A DNA stretch of 64,000 nucleotides from positions 4,341,302 through 4,405,301 of the forward strand of contig JAHRHZ010000043.1 in NCBI GenBank assembly GCA_024137785.1, in the 5' to 3' direction. Every line of letters begins with the position of its first letter. Positions within the stretch are counted from its first letter, which is position 1. Position numbers and translations under genes: made by a program. Source of the DNA: Ginglymostoma cirratum (taxonomy: Eukaryota). Of this stretch, positions 63,071 to 64,000 are shown in pieces. Below the pieces are notes generated by a model. That model was not told the DNA's origin. It searched no databases and worked only from the letters and a program-made list of their open reading frames with translations.

Positions 63071-64000
63071 TCTGTATTTTTACTCAACAGATTAGAATTG
63101 AATTTCTATTAACTTTTCAGCAAAGCCATGAGCAGAACCCAAAAGCTAATCATTAATCCAAAATACTGGAGATGTTTAAAAAGAAGTAGTATATTTGCAA
63201 TGAAGGATTTTCATTACATACATTTAGGTCTTGTCTAGAATTAATAGAAAGTTATTTAAAGTAGTGTAGGAGGTGCTGAATATGTGACTTAATAATGGGG
63301 ATGCAGATCTACTGTAACAAGGACACATTGGATCCCAGGGAGAAATCTACCATGACAGCCATTCAGGTGATATGAAAAATACACAGGAACATAAAAACGT
63401 GATAAAGATTACAATCTGAATTTTTAAACACTTCTTTACACCTCAGAGTGTCAAATAATCAACACCTTGTGAGTTATGTAGCTGTGAAGGAAGTGGGAAT
63501 GGTTCCTGCATCAGTGTTAGCCATCAAATCACATGAGGAGGAAGAATTTAACCCAGAGCAGTCTGAGTCAGACTAGGTAAAGTAGAACATAATACATTTG
63601 GGGGAATAGAGGAGCGGGAGAGGATGACTGAGGATAAGAAGAGGACAAAGGTGTATCTTCAAATTTCTCAATCATTACTGTGCTGAGACAAGTAGTAAAT
63701 TCACATAAAATTAATTTAAATCCATTTAGTCTGGGGTACATCTACAGTGTAGCTGTATATAATCATTAGAAATATATCTGTAATATTCCTTCTTTGAGAG
63801 CTAGCATTTGAGTTGATTTGATTTTAATTCATTACTCTCACATGTATTTAAATACAGTGAAAAGTTTTGTTTTGCGAGCAGTACAGCAGGTCATAAATAC
63901 AAAGACACAAAGACCATAGGGTGGTTGAACTGAGTGAGGAATACAAAGTTACAGCTGCAAAGAAGCTGCGTGAAAAGAAAGATCAACATTAGACTTGAAA

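Noticed and set aside
47000-64000. Expected 3' coding exons of a MEF2 gene on the minus strand
   Set aside because: No MEF2-like peptide (e.g. a KRMR C-terminal motif) seen in the ORF track or by eye; a short exon could have been missed.
1-64000. CRISPR array, prokaryotic operon or endogenous virus
   Set aside because: No regularly spaced repeat-spacer array, no gene-dense region, and no LTR, gag, pol or env signatures seen.

Overview
Eukaryotic, essentially non-protein-coding DNA. The repeat complement (HE1-type SINEs, CR1 LINE tails, Penelope-like elements, DeuSINE-like cores) points to a cartilaginous fish, probably a shark; that assignment is inference. The one clearly identifiable gene is a minus-strand miR-9 hairpin at about 5444-5529. 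Its 5p arm is the canonical miR-9-5p. Its 3p arm carries two substitutions that, from memory, resemble the fourth vertebrate paralogue (miR-9-4 type). Upstream of it (higher coordinates), TE-dense, CpG-poor stretches alternate with two long, nearly TE-free, CpG-retaining blocks (about 24.1-34.4 kb and 49-61.3 kb) that look like the regulatory landscape or host lncRNA region of this miRNA. The rest is fossil CR1, L2, Tx1, another non-LTR LINE, Penelope-like and Harbinger elements plus SINEs, often nested. Many Penelope-derived pieces carry recognisable minimal hammerhead-ribozyme cores. I found no intact protein-coding gene. TE boundaries are approximate because they were read by eye.
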